NCBI GenBank assembly: GCA_965207075.1
Contig: CBDBLO010000002.1
Coordinates: forward strand, 1,568,001 to 1,632,000
Direction of reading: 5' to 3'
DNA: 64,000 nucleotides
From: Nitrosopumilus sp.
GTDB taxonomy: Archaea; Thermoproteota; Nitrososphaeria; Nitrososphaerales; Nitrosopumilaceae
Positions 37,288 through 46,018 of the stretch are shown one piece after another. The notes below the pieces were generated by a model. The model was not told the DNA's origin. It was given only the letters and a program-made list of their open reading frames with translations, and made no database searches. A program made the translations under genes and the position numbers. Positions within the stretch are counted from its first letter, which is position 1. Each line of letters begins with the position of its first letter.

Positions 37288-38517
37288 TCACGCGGCAGCG
37301 ATACGCTTGTTAAGCTCCGAGACGAACTTTTTGATCCTCGCAAGCGGGATCAGCGCGCCGCATGCCCTGTCGTGGCCGCCGCCAGAACCCCCCAGCTCGG
37401 CGGCCAGCACGTTTACAATCTTGCCCAGGTGCACCCTGCAGGACCTGGAGCCGCGTACGGACACGGAGTAAAAGTCCTCGTTCTTCTTTGCCTTGTATGC
37501 CACGCCCACGTCCTTGCCGGACAGGCCCAGCACAAAGTTCACGGCGCCGCCGGCCCCCGCGTCGGTTATCTCCATGTGCGCAAGGTTCCTGGTCCTTCTG
37601 AGGCCTGCCTTTACCTTTGCTATCATCTCAGAGAGCCGCTCGACCTGGGACTGCGCAAACTCGAATGAGCCGGGGATCTCGTGCGGAAACTTCGAGTCGG
37701 CCAGTGCGTCTACCAGCGACTGCAGGTATGCGCCGTCCTTTTGGTGACCGGTGATGTTGTACGTCATTACCGTCGCGCTGATCAGGGCAAACTGCCTGTC
37801 GTACATCTGCAGCAGCCGCGAGCCCAGGGGCCTGTCCTCCATATAGTCCGTTATGGCGGCGCACGAGGCGACAAACGTCGCATGGTCCGACATCTTTGAC
37901 TTGAACGAGTCGTACACGAGCACCGACGCGCATTCGTTTGTGTTGTGTATCATGCGCACTCCCAGGTTCGAGAGGCGACGCGCCGTGCCGGCGTCTATCG
38001 CGTGGTGATCCACGTACGTGACGGGCACGCGCTTTTTTCGAAGCGACGAGACGATATCGACAAACTCGTCCTGGTTTTTCTTGCTGAGTCCGAGATCGCA
38101 TATGAACAATTTTTTGAGGGACGGTTCGGCCGCAATCTCCTCAAGGGCCTTCATCTGTCCCGGGTAGTCAGTCAGGACCGTCTCCCCGCCGTGGGCCTGC
38201 TTTACCAGCGCGGCGGCGCTTATCCCGTCCAAGTCCTCCCTGTGCGAGAGGCATACGACTCGGGTGCGCTTTGGCGCGGCCGCACGTCCGCTCGCCTTCC
38301 GGGTTTTTGCGGGCGCAGTCTTCGCGGCGCCTGCCGAAGGCGTCCTTTTGGCAGCGGCCCGCGCGGCCCCGGACGCCTTTGCAGCAGCAGGGCTCCTCGC
38401 GGCCCTGCCAGATGACGCAGTGGTGGCAGCAGCGGTCCTTTTTTTGGCCGCGCGCACCCCGGCGGATGCAGTCGGAGTACGGCTAGCGGGGGGCTTTGTA
38501 GTGGTAGCAGAGGCCAT
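37288..38517 (-). CDS. DHH/DHHA1 phosphoesterase with Ala/Lys-rich N-terminal tail
   Basis: H..DLDG, CDLG, DHH, GGGH..ACG. Confidence 0.88.
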   Translation of the reverse strand: MASATTTKPPASRTPTASAGVRAAKKRTAAATTASSGRAARSPAAAKASGAARAAAKRTPSAGAAKTAPAKTRKASGRAAAPKRTRVVCLSHREDLDGISAAALVKQAHGGETVLTDYPGQMKALEEIAAEPSLKKLFICDLGLSKKNQDEFVDIVSSLRKKRVPVTYVDHHAIDAGTARRLSNLGVRMIHNTNECASVLVYDSFKSKMSDHATFVASCAAITDYMEDRPLGSRLLQMYDRQFALISATVMTYNITGHQKDGAYLQSLVDALADSKFPHEIPGSFEFAQSQVERLSEMIAKVKAGLRRTRNLAHMEITDAGAGGAVNFVLGLSGKDVGVAYKAKKNEDFYSVSVRGSRSCRVHLGKIVNVLAAELGGSGGGHDRACGALIPLARIKKFVSELNKRIAAA

Positions 38518-38628
38518 ACAAAACCGCACGAGGGCGCCTCAATTTAAATGGAGAATCAGGATGTGCGAAAAAACCACAAGTCAGCCAAAATGCAACCGCC
38601 GGCGGCGCCCGTGCACAAGCAAAAAGCG

Positions 38629-38871
38629 TCACTCCCGGCGGCGCCCGTGGCGCTGGCAGGCATAACCGTCACTGCCCCCGTACCGGCCGCTTACAAGGGC
38701 GGCCGAGTCCACGCACACGTCGTAAAAAGGCAGGCCGTCCACCTGCGTGCGGTAGTCCACTTGCTGTATGCGCCGGAGCTCGTCCGGTGACGCTCCCAGC
38801 ACCATGTCGTCGAGCTCCTGAAGCCTTCTGCGCTCATCAGGGGTCATACCGCATTCTTCCATTATGCGCAT
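38629..38871 (-). CDS. Small hypothetical protein
   Basis: Protein-like ORF with TTTAAT box upstream. Confidence 0.55.
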   Translation of the reverse strand: MRIMEECGMTPDERRRLQELDDMVLGASPDELRRIQQVDYRTQVDGLPFYDVCVDSAALVSGRYGGSDGYACQRHGRRRE

Positions 38872-39000
38872 TTATGGCAGAGGATTAAACTATTAGGCCA
38901 TTTGCTAAAGTTTGTTGACACAACTCGGCGGTGCAGAGCCGCGCGCCGTGGGTGAAACGCTCCAAAACAGAATAAATAGACGCCGGCCCATACACGTGGC

Positions 39001-40164
39001 ATGAAGACCAAGAATATCGGCCTGAGGGGGATAGAGGTTGCGGACACCAGGATATCCAACATCGACGGCGAGAAGGGCAAGCTGATATACCGTGGATACG
39101 ACATAATCGACCTCACCAAGTACTCCACGTTCGAGGAGACGGCGTACATACTGATTTACGACCACCTGCCGACCACGCACCAGCTCAACGAGTTCAAGTC
39201 AAAGCTGTCAGACGCGCGGAGCATACCAAGGCAGATGCAGCGTAACATGTCCAACTGGAGGAAGGACGCGGATCCCATGGACATGCTGCAGGCCTTCGTG
39301 GCAGCCCTGGCAGGGTACTACGACGAGGAGTTCTCCACAAAGGAGGCAAGCTACGACAGGGCAATCAACCTCGTCGCAAAGGTGCCGACCATAGTCTCAA
39401 GCTGGCAGCGGCTCCGAAACGGCGAGGAGACAATAGATCCGGACCCCAGCCTGACGCATGCGGGCAACTTCCTGTACATGATGTCAGGGCGCAGGCCGGA
39501 TCCCGAGGTCGAGAAGATATTTGACACGTGCCTCATACTGCACGCGGACCACACGTTCAACGCGTCGACCTTTACGGCAAGGCAGGTCGCCTCCACCAGG
39601 GCCCACATGTATTCGGCCTCAAGCGCCGCAATCGGGGCGCTGAGCGGCGAGCTGCACGGGGGTGCGAACACAGAGGTGATGAAGATGCTGCTTGAGATTG
39701 ACAAGCAGGAAAACGTAGAGGCGTGGATAAAGGAGAGGCTGTCGGAGGGCCAGAGGATAATGGGCATGGGCCACGCAGTGTACAAGACGTTTGATCCCAG
39801 GGCCCAGGTGCTAAAGGAGATGTCAAGGCAGCTTGCAGCAAAGACCGGCCAGAGATGGTTTGACATGACAGAAGGGGTGGAGACCACCACCATGTCCGAG
39901 ATGAAGACGAAGAAGGGCATAGATATCTACCCCAACGTCGACCTGTACAGCGCGTCGATATACTATATGCTCGGCATACCCGTCGACCTCAACACCCCGA
40001 TATTTGCAATATCGCGCTCAGTGGGGTGGGCCGCCCACATAATAGAGGAAAAGTTTGCAGAGGCCGCGCCCAAGCCCGCGCTGTACAGGCCAAAGGCAGT
40101 CTACGTGGGCAAGTACTGCGGCCCCGAGGGATGCGAGTACAAGACCATAGACCTGCGCAGCTAA
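39001..40164 (+). CDS. gltA: Citrate synthase
   Basis: LIYRGY, HADHTFNAST, GELHGGAN, GMGHAVY, PNVD. Confidence 0.95.
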   Translation: MKTKNIGLRGIEVADTRISNIDGEKGKLIYRGYDIIDLTKYSTFEETAYILIYDHLPTTHQLNEFKSKLSDARSIPRQMQRNMSNWRKDADPMDMLQAFVAALAGYYDEEFSTKEASYDRAINLVAKVPTIVSSWQRLRNGEETIDPDPSLTHAGNFLYMMSGRRPDPEVEKIFDTCLILHADHTFNASTFTARQVASTRAHMYSASSAAIGALSGELHGGANTEVMKMLLEIDKQENVEAWIKERLSEGQRIMGMGHAVYKTFDPRAQVLKEMSRQLAAKTGQRWFDMTEGVETTTMSEMKTKKGIDIYPNVDLYSASIYYMLGIPVDLNTPIFAISRSVGWAAHIIEEKFAEAAPKPALYRPKAVYVGKYCGPEGCEYKTIDLRS

Positions 40165-40306
40165 CCGGCGCGGCAGATCATGGTTGCGGCAGTAATTACG
40201 ATGCCCGCAGGTGGCGACAGCGGCGCGCGCAGATACGTCAGGCAGACTCGGATGCAAGGCGGTCCACATCCAAGCGCACGCCACCATACGCAGGGCATGC
40301 AGAATC

Positions 40307-40537
40307 CTAGTTGCGCCTGTCAAGCCACGCCCTGTGATCGGATATGGAATATTCGCGACGGTACAAAACCTCAAAGGCCATGTCGTAAAACGAGATGCCG
40401 CGCCTCTGGGCCTGATCATCAAGCCATCTGAGTCCATCGGCCAGTTCAGGGTCGTCGTCGGCAGTCTGGGCCAGCTCGTCCATCACATTCGTAAAGAAAG
40501 AGTCGCTCATGACTCCAGATGTAAAAAAAGAGTCCAT
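40307..40537 (-). CDS. Small conserved hypothetical protein
   Basis: DPELADGLRWLD.QAQ.RGISFYDM. Only the 3' part of the listed ORF looks coding. Confidence 0.65.
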   Translation of the reverse strand: MDSFFTSGVMSDSFFTNVMDELAQTADDDPELADGLRWLDDQAQRRGISFYDMAFEVLYRREYSISDHRAWLDRRN

Positions 40538-40930
40538 AAGGCATGCATTCAAAATATGTAAACAAAAACAGTTTATTTTTTTGACAAGGGCTGATCGCAG
40601 GTTACAAGCGTGGGGGAAAGCACGGCTGTTGTGAGGCAGACGATGGCGCAGAGGCGAGAGCCATCGCAGGACAGGCAGTCCCGCGTCTGTCACCACTGTT
40701 CTCCCCTGTCGTCCCCTCTCCTCCCCCCCCCCCCAACCCTTCTCCTCCCCAACCCTTCGGCCAGCAAGTGCACATCGATATGACGGAGACAGAAGGGAAG
40801 AACTGCCGCATGCAAGTGACAAGGAAGGCAATCCAAACCCAAGCACGGCATATCGGCGACAGCAAGGGGCAGGCGGCACAGCGCGTTGACAGCTGCCGCG
40901 CGGCCTTCATGCACATACCAGAGAATACGG

Positions 40931-42766
40931 GTACACCCTCAGGTCGTTCGACATGGAGCCACGGGCTGACGCCGTCCCGTTCGCGTCAGGCGGGATCGTA
41001 ACCGGAGGCCGGGGTGCGCGCCATCCGCCTGATTCTGGCGCGCGCCGCTCACGCGGCCACCGCGGCCCTGTCCCGGGGCGGGCCGGGCCCGCCAAAGACG
41101 GAGTATCTGGTGCCGTCGGGGTTTGTGAGCGAGTACGGGGTGTCACCGGCCCTCTCAAACAGGCTCCAATCGCGGTCAAGCAGGTATTCCAGGAGCGCCC
41201 TGCCCGGTGAAACATTTTGCCGGTGGCATGTGCGGGTGAACGTGAGGAGGACCGACATCAGGAGCCTGCCCCCTGCCGTCATGGTCTTGCGCCTGACGTT
41301 CCGCTGCGGTATGAGCCCGTCCCGTATCTCGCGCTCCACGTCGTTGCTGTGCGGCGACATTCCCGGGTGCGCCTGGAACGTGAACAGGTTGGGAATGGCG
41401 TTTAGCAGGTGCGTTCGGAACCCGGGATCCTCGTACGACGCGGCGATCGCGTATGCCCGCCGCGAGAGCTCCATCATGGTGAGCGGCGCCAGCGTCTTGA
41501 TCCGCTTGGCGTCGCGGTACAGCCCGAGCAGCATGTCGTACCTTGCCTCGTCTTCCGGTTTTTTGCCGACCACCGCCACCCTTTCGGCCTTGCGCAGTAT
41601 GTGGACAAAGTCCCGCTGTATGGTGCCGGTCAGCTCCGGGTACCCGGCGTAGCCGTCGCATGTCACGGGCTTGCCCCGGAGCCACGCAAAGTGGACGGAG
41701 AGCACCGAGGCGGACCTGGTCGGCGAGAACAGGACGAACACCGCGGCGGGCGTGTACGCCACCCAGACGTATCCGTGGTGCCCGTCGCCGCGCCCGTACC
41801 TTGACTCGTCCATCTGGATGTGCGGCCGGAGCTGAATCATGCGCATTATCCGGGCGAGCATGCCCGACTGTATGTGCGTGGAGACCGCGCTCCTGCCGTT
41901 TCTCACGGCGTTGGGACTCAGCTCGAAGCCGAATATGCCGCGTATCATGTCCGCGATGCCCTCGTCCGTGTTTGCCGCCGCAAACATCATCAGTATGACC
42001 GACAGCAGGACGGGCCCAAGCGACGTCCCGTCAAGAAACGGGCTCGGCGCCCTGAAGACGCGGCCGCAGGACGGGCACCCGGCCCTGCCGATGACCGCCA
42101 TGGCGCACTGCACCGCGTAACACGCGTCAAGGTCGTACACGAGCTTGCACGCGGGACGCATCCCCGCGAGCGGCCTTTTGCAGCACTCGGACACCGCGTC
42201 GTCCACGGGGTAGTACAGCGGCGGAAGGGTGGCCCTGTTGTGGTGCGAGGCCCCGGCGTGGCCGACCGGGGGCCCGATCCTCCCGCCGCTTGGACCGCGA
42301 GTGACGTCGTCCTCATCGCCGCCGTCCTCCCGGCTGATCTTTTCCCCGGGCCCGCCCTTTGGGTCCTCGCCGCGCCTCCTCCGGAACTTGTCGCGCGCAC
42401 CGTTATAGCCTGACGGAGTCGACGTTGGCATGTTCTCGCTCTCGTAATAGGCAATCTTCCTTCTCATCCCTTCCATCTCTTCCCGCTGCCTCCGGTTCTC
42501 CTCCTCCAGCTCGCGTATCCTCCCAAACGCCTTCCTGAGCTCCCCCCTCAGCAGCTTGGACTCTGCGCCGCCCGTCTGAGCATCAAGGAGGATCCCAATC
42601 GTGTCCTCCAGGCTGTCAATCCGGGCGTGCAGCCTTTTGATATCCTCTCGCAAGGCTTCCTCTGACACGCGGACGGTGTCACGGGGTCGGATCTAAAGCT
42701 TGTGAACTGTTTTTGTACACCATTTGGTCAATTTTCACACATTTTGATTTCGACCTGAGGGTGTAC
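40931..42766 (-). mobile_element. IS66-family element (single-ORF, ISBst12-like)
   Basis: Perfect 16-bp TIR GTACACCCTCAGGTCG (40931-40946 and 42751-42766). 8-bp TSD GAATACGG (40923-40930 and 42767-42774). Confidence 0.95.
41049..42668 (-). CDS. IS66-family transposase (TnpC-like)
   Basis: Coiled coil, Zn ribbon, MDES, CDGYAGY, SNDVEREIR. Confidence 0.92.
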   Translation of the reverse strand: MSEEALREDIKRLHARIDSLEDTIGILLDAQTGGAESKLLRGELRKAFGRIRELEEENRRQREEMEGMRRKIAYYESENMPTSTPSGYNGARDKFRRRRGEDPKGGPGEKISREDGGDEDDVTRGPSGGRIGPPVGHAGASHHNRATLPPLYYPVDDAVSECCKRPLAGMRPACKLVYDLDACYAVQCAMAVIGRAGCPSCGRVFRAPSPFLDGTSLGPVLLSVILMMFAAANTDEGIADMIRGIFGFELSPNAVRNGRSAVSTHIQSGMLARIMRMIQLRPHIQMDESRYGRGDGHHGYVWVAYTPAAVFVLFSPTRSASVLSVHFAWLRGKPVTCDGYAGYPELTGTIQRDFVHILRKAERVAVVGKKPEDEARYDMLLGLYRDAKRIKTLAPLTMMELSRRAYAIAASYEDPGFRTHLLNAIPNLFTFQAHPGMSPHSNDVEREIRDGLIPQRNVRRKTMTAGGRLLMSVLLTFTRTCHRQNVSPGRALLEYLLDRDWSLFERAGDTPYSLTNPDGTRYSVFGGPGPPRDRAAVAA

Positions 42767-42817
42767 GAATACGGGTTTAGAACGTTTATTTAGTATGAAG
42801 AGATACACAGGGTAATT

Positions 42818-43951
42818 ATGGCAGCAATTGATAAGGCAGCAATCGGATTCTCAATTGCAATCGTGGCGATAGGCGTGGCCTTTGCAATGGCTGGAGAGGC
42901 GACGCAGAGCAGTACGCTTGCGCCTGTGGCACCAGTTGAGAGACCGGCACCAGTCATGGAGCCTGAGCCAGAGATGATGGAACCGGAGCCAGAGATGATG
43001 GACAAGGACAAAGAGATGATGGACAAGGACAAAGAGATGATGGACAAGGACAAAGAGATGATGGACAAGGACAAAGAGATGATGGACAAGGACAAAGAGA
43101 TGATGGACAAGGACAAAGAGATGACAATGAAGGACAAGATGGCGCTTACCATCGAATTTAGAGCAGGAACGGAGACGATCGAGATACTCATATCGTCATC
43201 GTATGAGCTAAGCGACGAAGAGACAGAATGTCCAGAAAACAAGCTTGGAATCAGCGGCCATTGCGTTCCGTACTACATCAAGGGTGGAATGGTAACTGAC
43301 GCCAGCGTCGTCACGGAGGATAACTCCGTGGTCATTGCAATCGACGCGGTAGAAGACGGGAAACTGACGCTCATCAAGTCAAAAGAAGGCATCGAGGTAG
43401 TCGATCTCATACTTGTAGACGGCGAAGAGACAGACGACTACAGTGTGATGGAAAAGTCAGAAATGATGAAGGACAAAGACAGGGACGCAATGGAGGAAAA
43501 GTATGGTGACTCTGAATATGGAGACGACATGGCAAGAGAGGACAAGGACGCAATGGAGGAAAAGTATGGTGACTCTGAATATGGAGACGACATGGCAAGA
43601 GAGGACAAGGACGCAGAGACATCTGAGAAAGAGGATACCATGGCAGGACCCCAGACAGTCACAGTCGACATGCCAGAAGGAACGGCATTGCCGGGATGTG
43701 AGGTGGACGACGCATGCTTCGTACCAGCAGATGTTACGATCAACGCAGGTGACACAGTATCATGGATCAATTCCGACACGGCTGCACACACCATAACCAG
43801 CGGCAGCGCAACGGACGGGCCCACGGGCATCTTTGACAGCAGCCTGGTCATGGCCGGAGCGGTCTTTGAGCATACGTTTGGAGAGGCAGGCACCATTGAG
43901 TACTTTTGCATGGTTCATCCATGGATGGAAGGTACGGTAACTGTAAACTAG
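42818..43951 (+). CDS. Membrane-anchored cupredoxin (plastocyanin/azurin-type) with Met/acidic repeats
   Basis: N-terminal TM. C-terminal type-1 Cu ligands AHTITSG...YFCMVHPWM. Confidence 0.9.
   Translation: MAAIDKAAIGFSIAIVAIGVAFAMAGEATQSSTLAPVAPVERPAPVMEPEPEMMEPEPEMMDKDKEMMDKDKEMMDKDKEMMDKDKEMMDKDKEMMDKDKEMTMKDKMALTIEFRAGTETIEILISSSYELSDEETECPENKLGISGHCVPYYIKGGMVTDASVVTEDNSVVIAIDAVEDGKLTLIKSKEGIEVVDLILVDGEETDDYSVMEKSEMMKDKDRDAMEEKYGDSEYGDDMAREDKDAMEEKYGDSEYGDDMAREDKDAETSEKEDTMAGPQTVTVDMPEGTALPGCEVDDACFVPADVTINAGDTVSWINSDTAAHTITSGSATDGPTGIFDSSLVMAGAVFEHTFGEAGTIEYFCMVHPWMEGTVTVN
42992..43117 (+). repeat. 21-bp tandem repeat x6 encoding EMMDKDK
   Basis: GAGATGATGGACAAGGACAAA repeated. Confidence 0.95.
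43484..43609 (+). repeat. 63-bp exact tandem duplication (DAMEEKYGDSEYGDDMAREDK x2)
   Basis: Directly visible. Confidence 0.93.
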
Positions 43952-43953
43952 GA

Positions 43954-43972
43954 TTTTTTATTTTTGTTTTTT
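43954..43972 (+). terminator. Archaeal oligo-T terminator
   Basis: Three T-runs immediately after the cupredoxin stop. Confidence 0.7.
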
Positions 43973-44152
43973 AACCGGCAGTACGCGCCGTGCGCGGCTC
44001 GCGTGTGAGCCAATCACGCGAAAGCTACGCAGAGATTAGCCACTCTGGTGTGCGGCATCAGGCAAAAGCCTGCGGGCACCATGTCGGCAAACACGGCGCT
44101 TCCTGATCACCCCGTACCACGTCAGGCATGCATGGAAAAGACGGGGCTTCAG

Positions 44153-45982
44153 TTACCGGCTTTGCATCATCTTTTTCTGGAGAGTGCGGTTGTACGACAC
44201 GCCAAACCTGTGTGACTCGTCCCGGGCATGCTGCAGTATCTTAAGTGACTGATCGCTTCTTGGAATCACGACCGGGTCGCTGCGCCCGGGCATGTACACC
44301 TCCTCGTTCTCCTTTGCAAGCGAGATGCAGGGCAGGTCGCGTAGTCCCAGCTTGAAAAGTGACTTTAGCGCGGCGCCAAGCTGTCCCTTGCCGCCGTCAA
44401 TTACCACCAAGTCCGGAAGCTCTGCCGTCTTTTTGTCCGTGCCGGGGTCGGCGGCAGGGGCAGCGTCGCTGTTACCAGCATCGCCGCGGCCACCCGCCCC
44501 CCCGTCCAGGATGCGGCGATACCTCCTGTAGACAATCTCAGATATCATCGCGTAGTCGTCGCGGCCGTCCACGGTCTTTATCCTGAACCTGCGGTACCCC
44601 GGCTTGTCAGGAACGCCCCCCACAAACCGCGACATCGAGCCCACCGCAAACGCCTCGCCGTGGTTCGAAACGTCAAAGCATTCTATTACGTGCGGGATGC
44701 GCGCGAGCCCGAGCGCGCCCTGCAGCTGCAAGAGTCCGGGAGATTCTGCGGATGCGGGGCGGCCGCGGCCGCTCCCAGTACGGCCGTCCCCGGCACCGGG
44801 AGAGCCGCCAGCCTCGCCATGACCGCCGCCGGTGCCGCCCGCCGGATCGCCGGCGCTGCTTTCATGCACTATCGCCACGTTTCGTAGTATCAGGTCAACC
44901 ATCTCCTTGCGCCTGCCCCTCCGGGGCACCGACATGTCCACCGCGTGGCCTGCGCGCTCAGAGAGCAGGGACTCCAAGAGCCCCGCGTCCTGCGGCATCT
45001 CGCTCAGTACGACGTGGTGCGGTATGCGCCTAGTCGTATAATACTGGTACAGGAACCCGGCAAACGTGTTGTCGGCCATCGCGTCAAACACGAACTTGTC
45101 GCTGTCCCGGATCACCCCGTGGATCATGCGGAACGTCATGACCACGGCCGTGTGGTCGCGTACTGCGATGCCAAAGTACTCCTCGTCGGAGCTCTTCACG
45201 CGCTCCATCTTCTGGCCCGAGTTCAGCCCGTCAAGGCGGACAAGCGTGTCCCGTATCTCGATTGCGCGCTCAAAGTGCCTCGCGTCGGCGGCCTCTTTCA
45301 TCTGCAGCCTTAGCTTTTCAGAGAAGATCTTTAGCTGGTCGGATCCCGCAAGGACGTCCTTGAGGGCGTCGACGTGGCCCTGATACCTCTTCTGGGCCGA
45401 CTCGAACTCGCAGGGCCCCTCGCAGTTTCCGAGGTGGTACTCCAGGCAGACCTTTTTCGGAAGCGTCTTGCAGATGCGTATCTGAAACGCCTTTCTCAGC
45501 GCCCCGACTGTGAGTATCTTGGAGCTCCCCTGCACAAACGGCCCAAAGGTCTGCCCCTTGCCAAGAAAGCGCCCGTCCCGGGTCCGCCGGGACACCAGCA
45601 GCCGCGGGTACTTTTCATCGGATATCCGCAGGTACGTGTAGCGCTGCTGGTCCTTGAGCTCTATGTTAAAGCGCGGCCGGTGCCGCTTTATCATGTTGGA
45701 CTCGAGCAAGAAGGCCTCGCCCTCCGTGTCAGTTATCACAAACTCCACGCCTGCCACCAGCCCTACCAGCCTCTGCGTCTTGTAGTTATCGTGCGTCTTG
45801 TTGCCAAAGTACGACCTTACGCGCTTGCGCAGGCTCTTTGCCTTTCCGATGTAGATTATGCGCCCCTGGCCGTCCTTCATTATGTAGACCCCGGGGCTAT
45901 CAGGTATCGCAGAAGGCTGCATGTCAAACGGCCGCTGCGGTGGCGGCGGCTGCGCGGTGGCGGCGGTGTCAGCAGGAGTCAT
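44153..45982 (-). CDS. uvrC: Excinuclease ABC subunit C
   Basis: GIY-YIG (PGVY..IYIGKAKSLR.RV), ECFDVS, IDGGKGQ, RDESHRF. Confidence 0.95.
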   Translation of the reverse strand: MTPADTAATAQPPPPQRPFDMQPSAIPDSPGVYIMKDGQGRIIYIGKAKSLRKRVRSYFGNKTHDNYKTQRLVGLVAGVEFVITDTEGEAFLLESNMIKRHRPRFNIELKDQQRYTYLRISDEKYPRLLVSRRTRDGRFLGKGQTFGPFVQGSSKILTVGALRKAFQIRICKTLPKKVCLEYHLGNCEGPCEFESAQKRYQGHVDALKDVLAGSDQLKIFSEKLRLQMKEAADARHFERAIEIRDTLVRLDGLNSGQKMERVKSSDEEYFGIAVRDHTAVVMTFRMIHGVIRDSDKFVFDAMADNTFAGFLYQYYTTRRIPHHVVLSEMPQDAGLLESLLSERAGHAVDMSVPRRGRRKEMVDLILRNVAIVHESSAGDPAGGTGGGHGEAGGSPGAGDGRTGSGRGRPASAESPGLLQLQGALGLARIPHVIECFDVSNHGEAFAVGSMSRFVGGVPDKPGYRRFRIKTVDGRDDYAMISEIVYRRYRRILDGGAGGRGDAGNSDAAPAADPGTDKKTAELPDLVVIDGGKGQLGAALKSLFKLGLRDLPCISLAKENEEVYMPGRSDPVVIPRSDQSLKILQHARDESHRFGVSYNRTLQKKMMQSR

Positions 45983-46018
45983 TTCAAAAGACAGTCACAG
46001 CAGGAACCACACCAAATA

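Noticed and set aside
38270-38517. Histone-H1-like Ala/Lys tail on the DHH protein as a novelty
   Set aside because: Basic low-complexity N-tails on this family are familiar from relatives as recalled and fit the general low-complexity trend.
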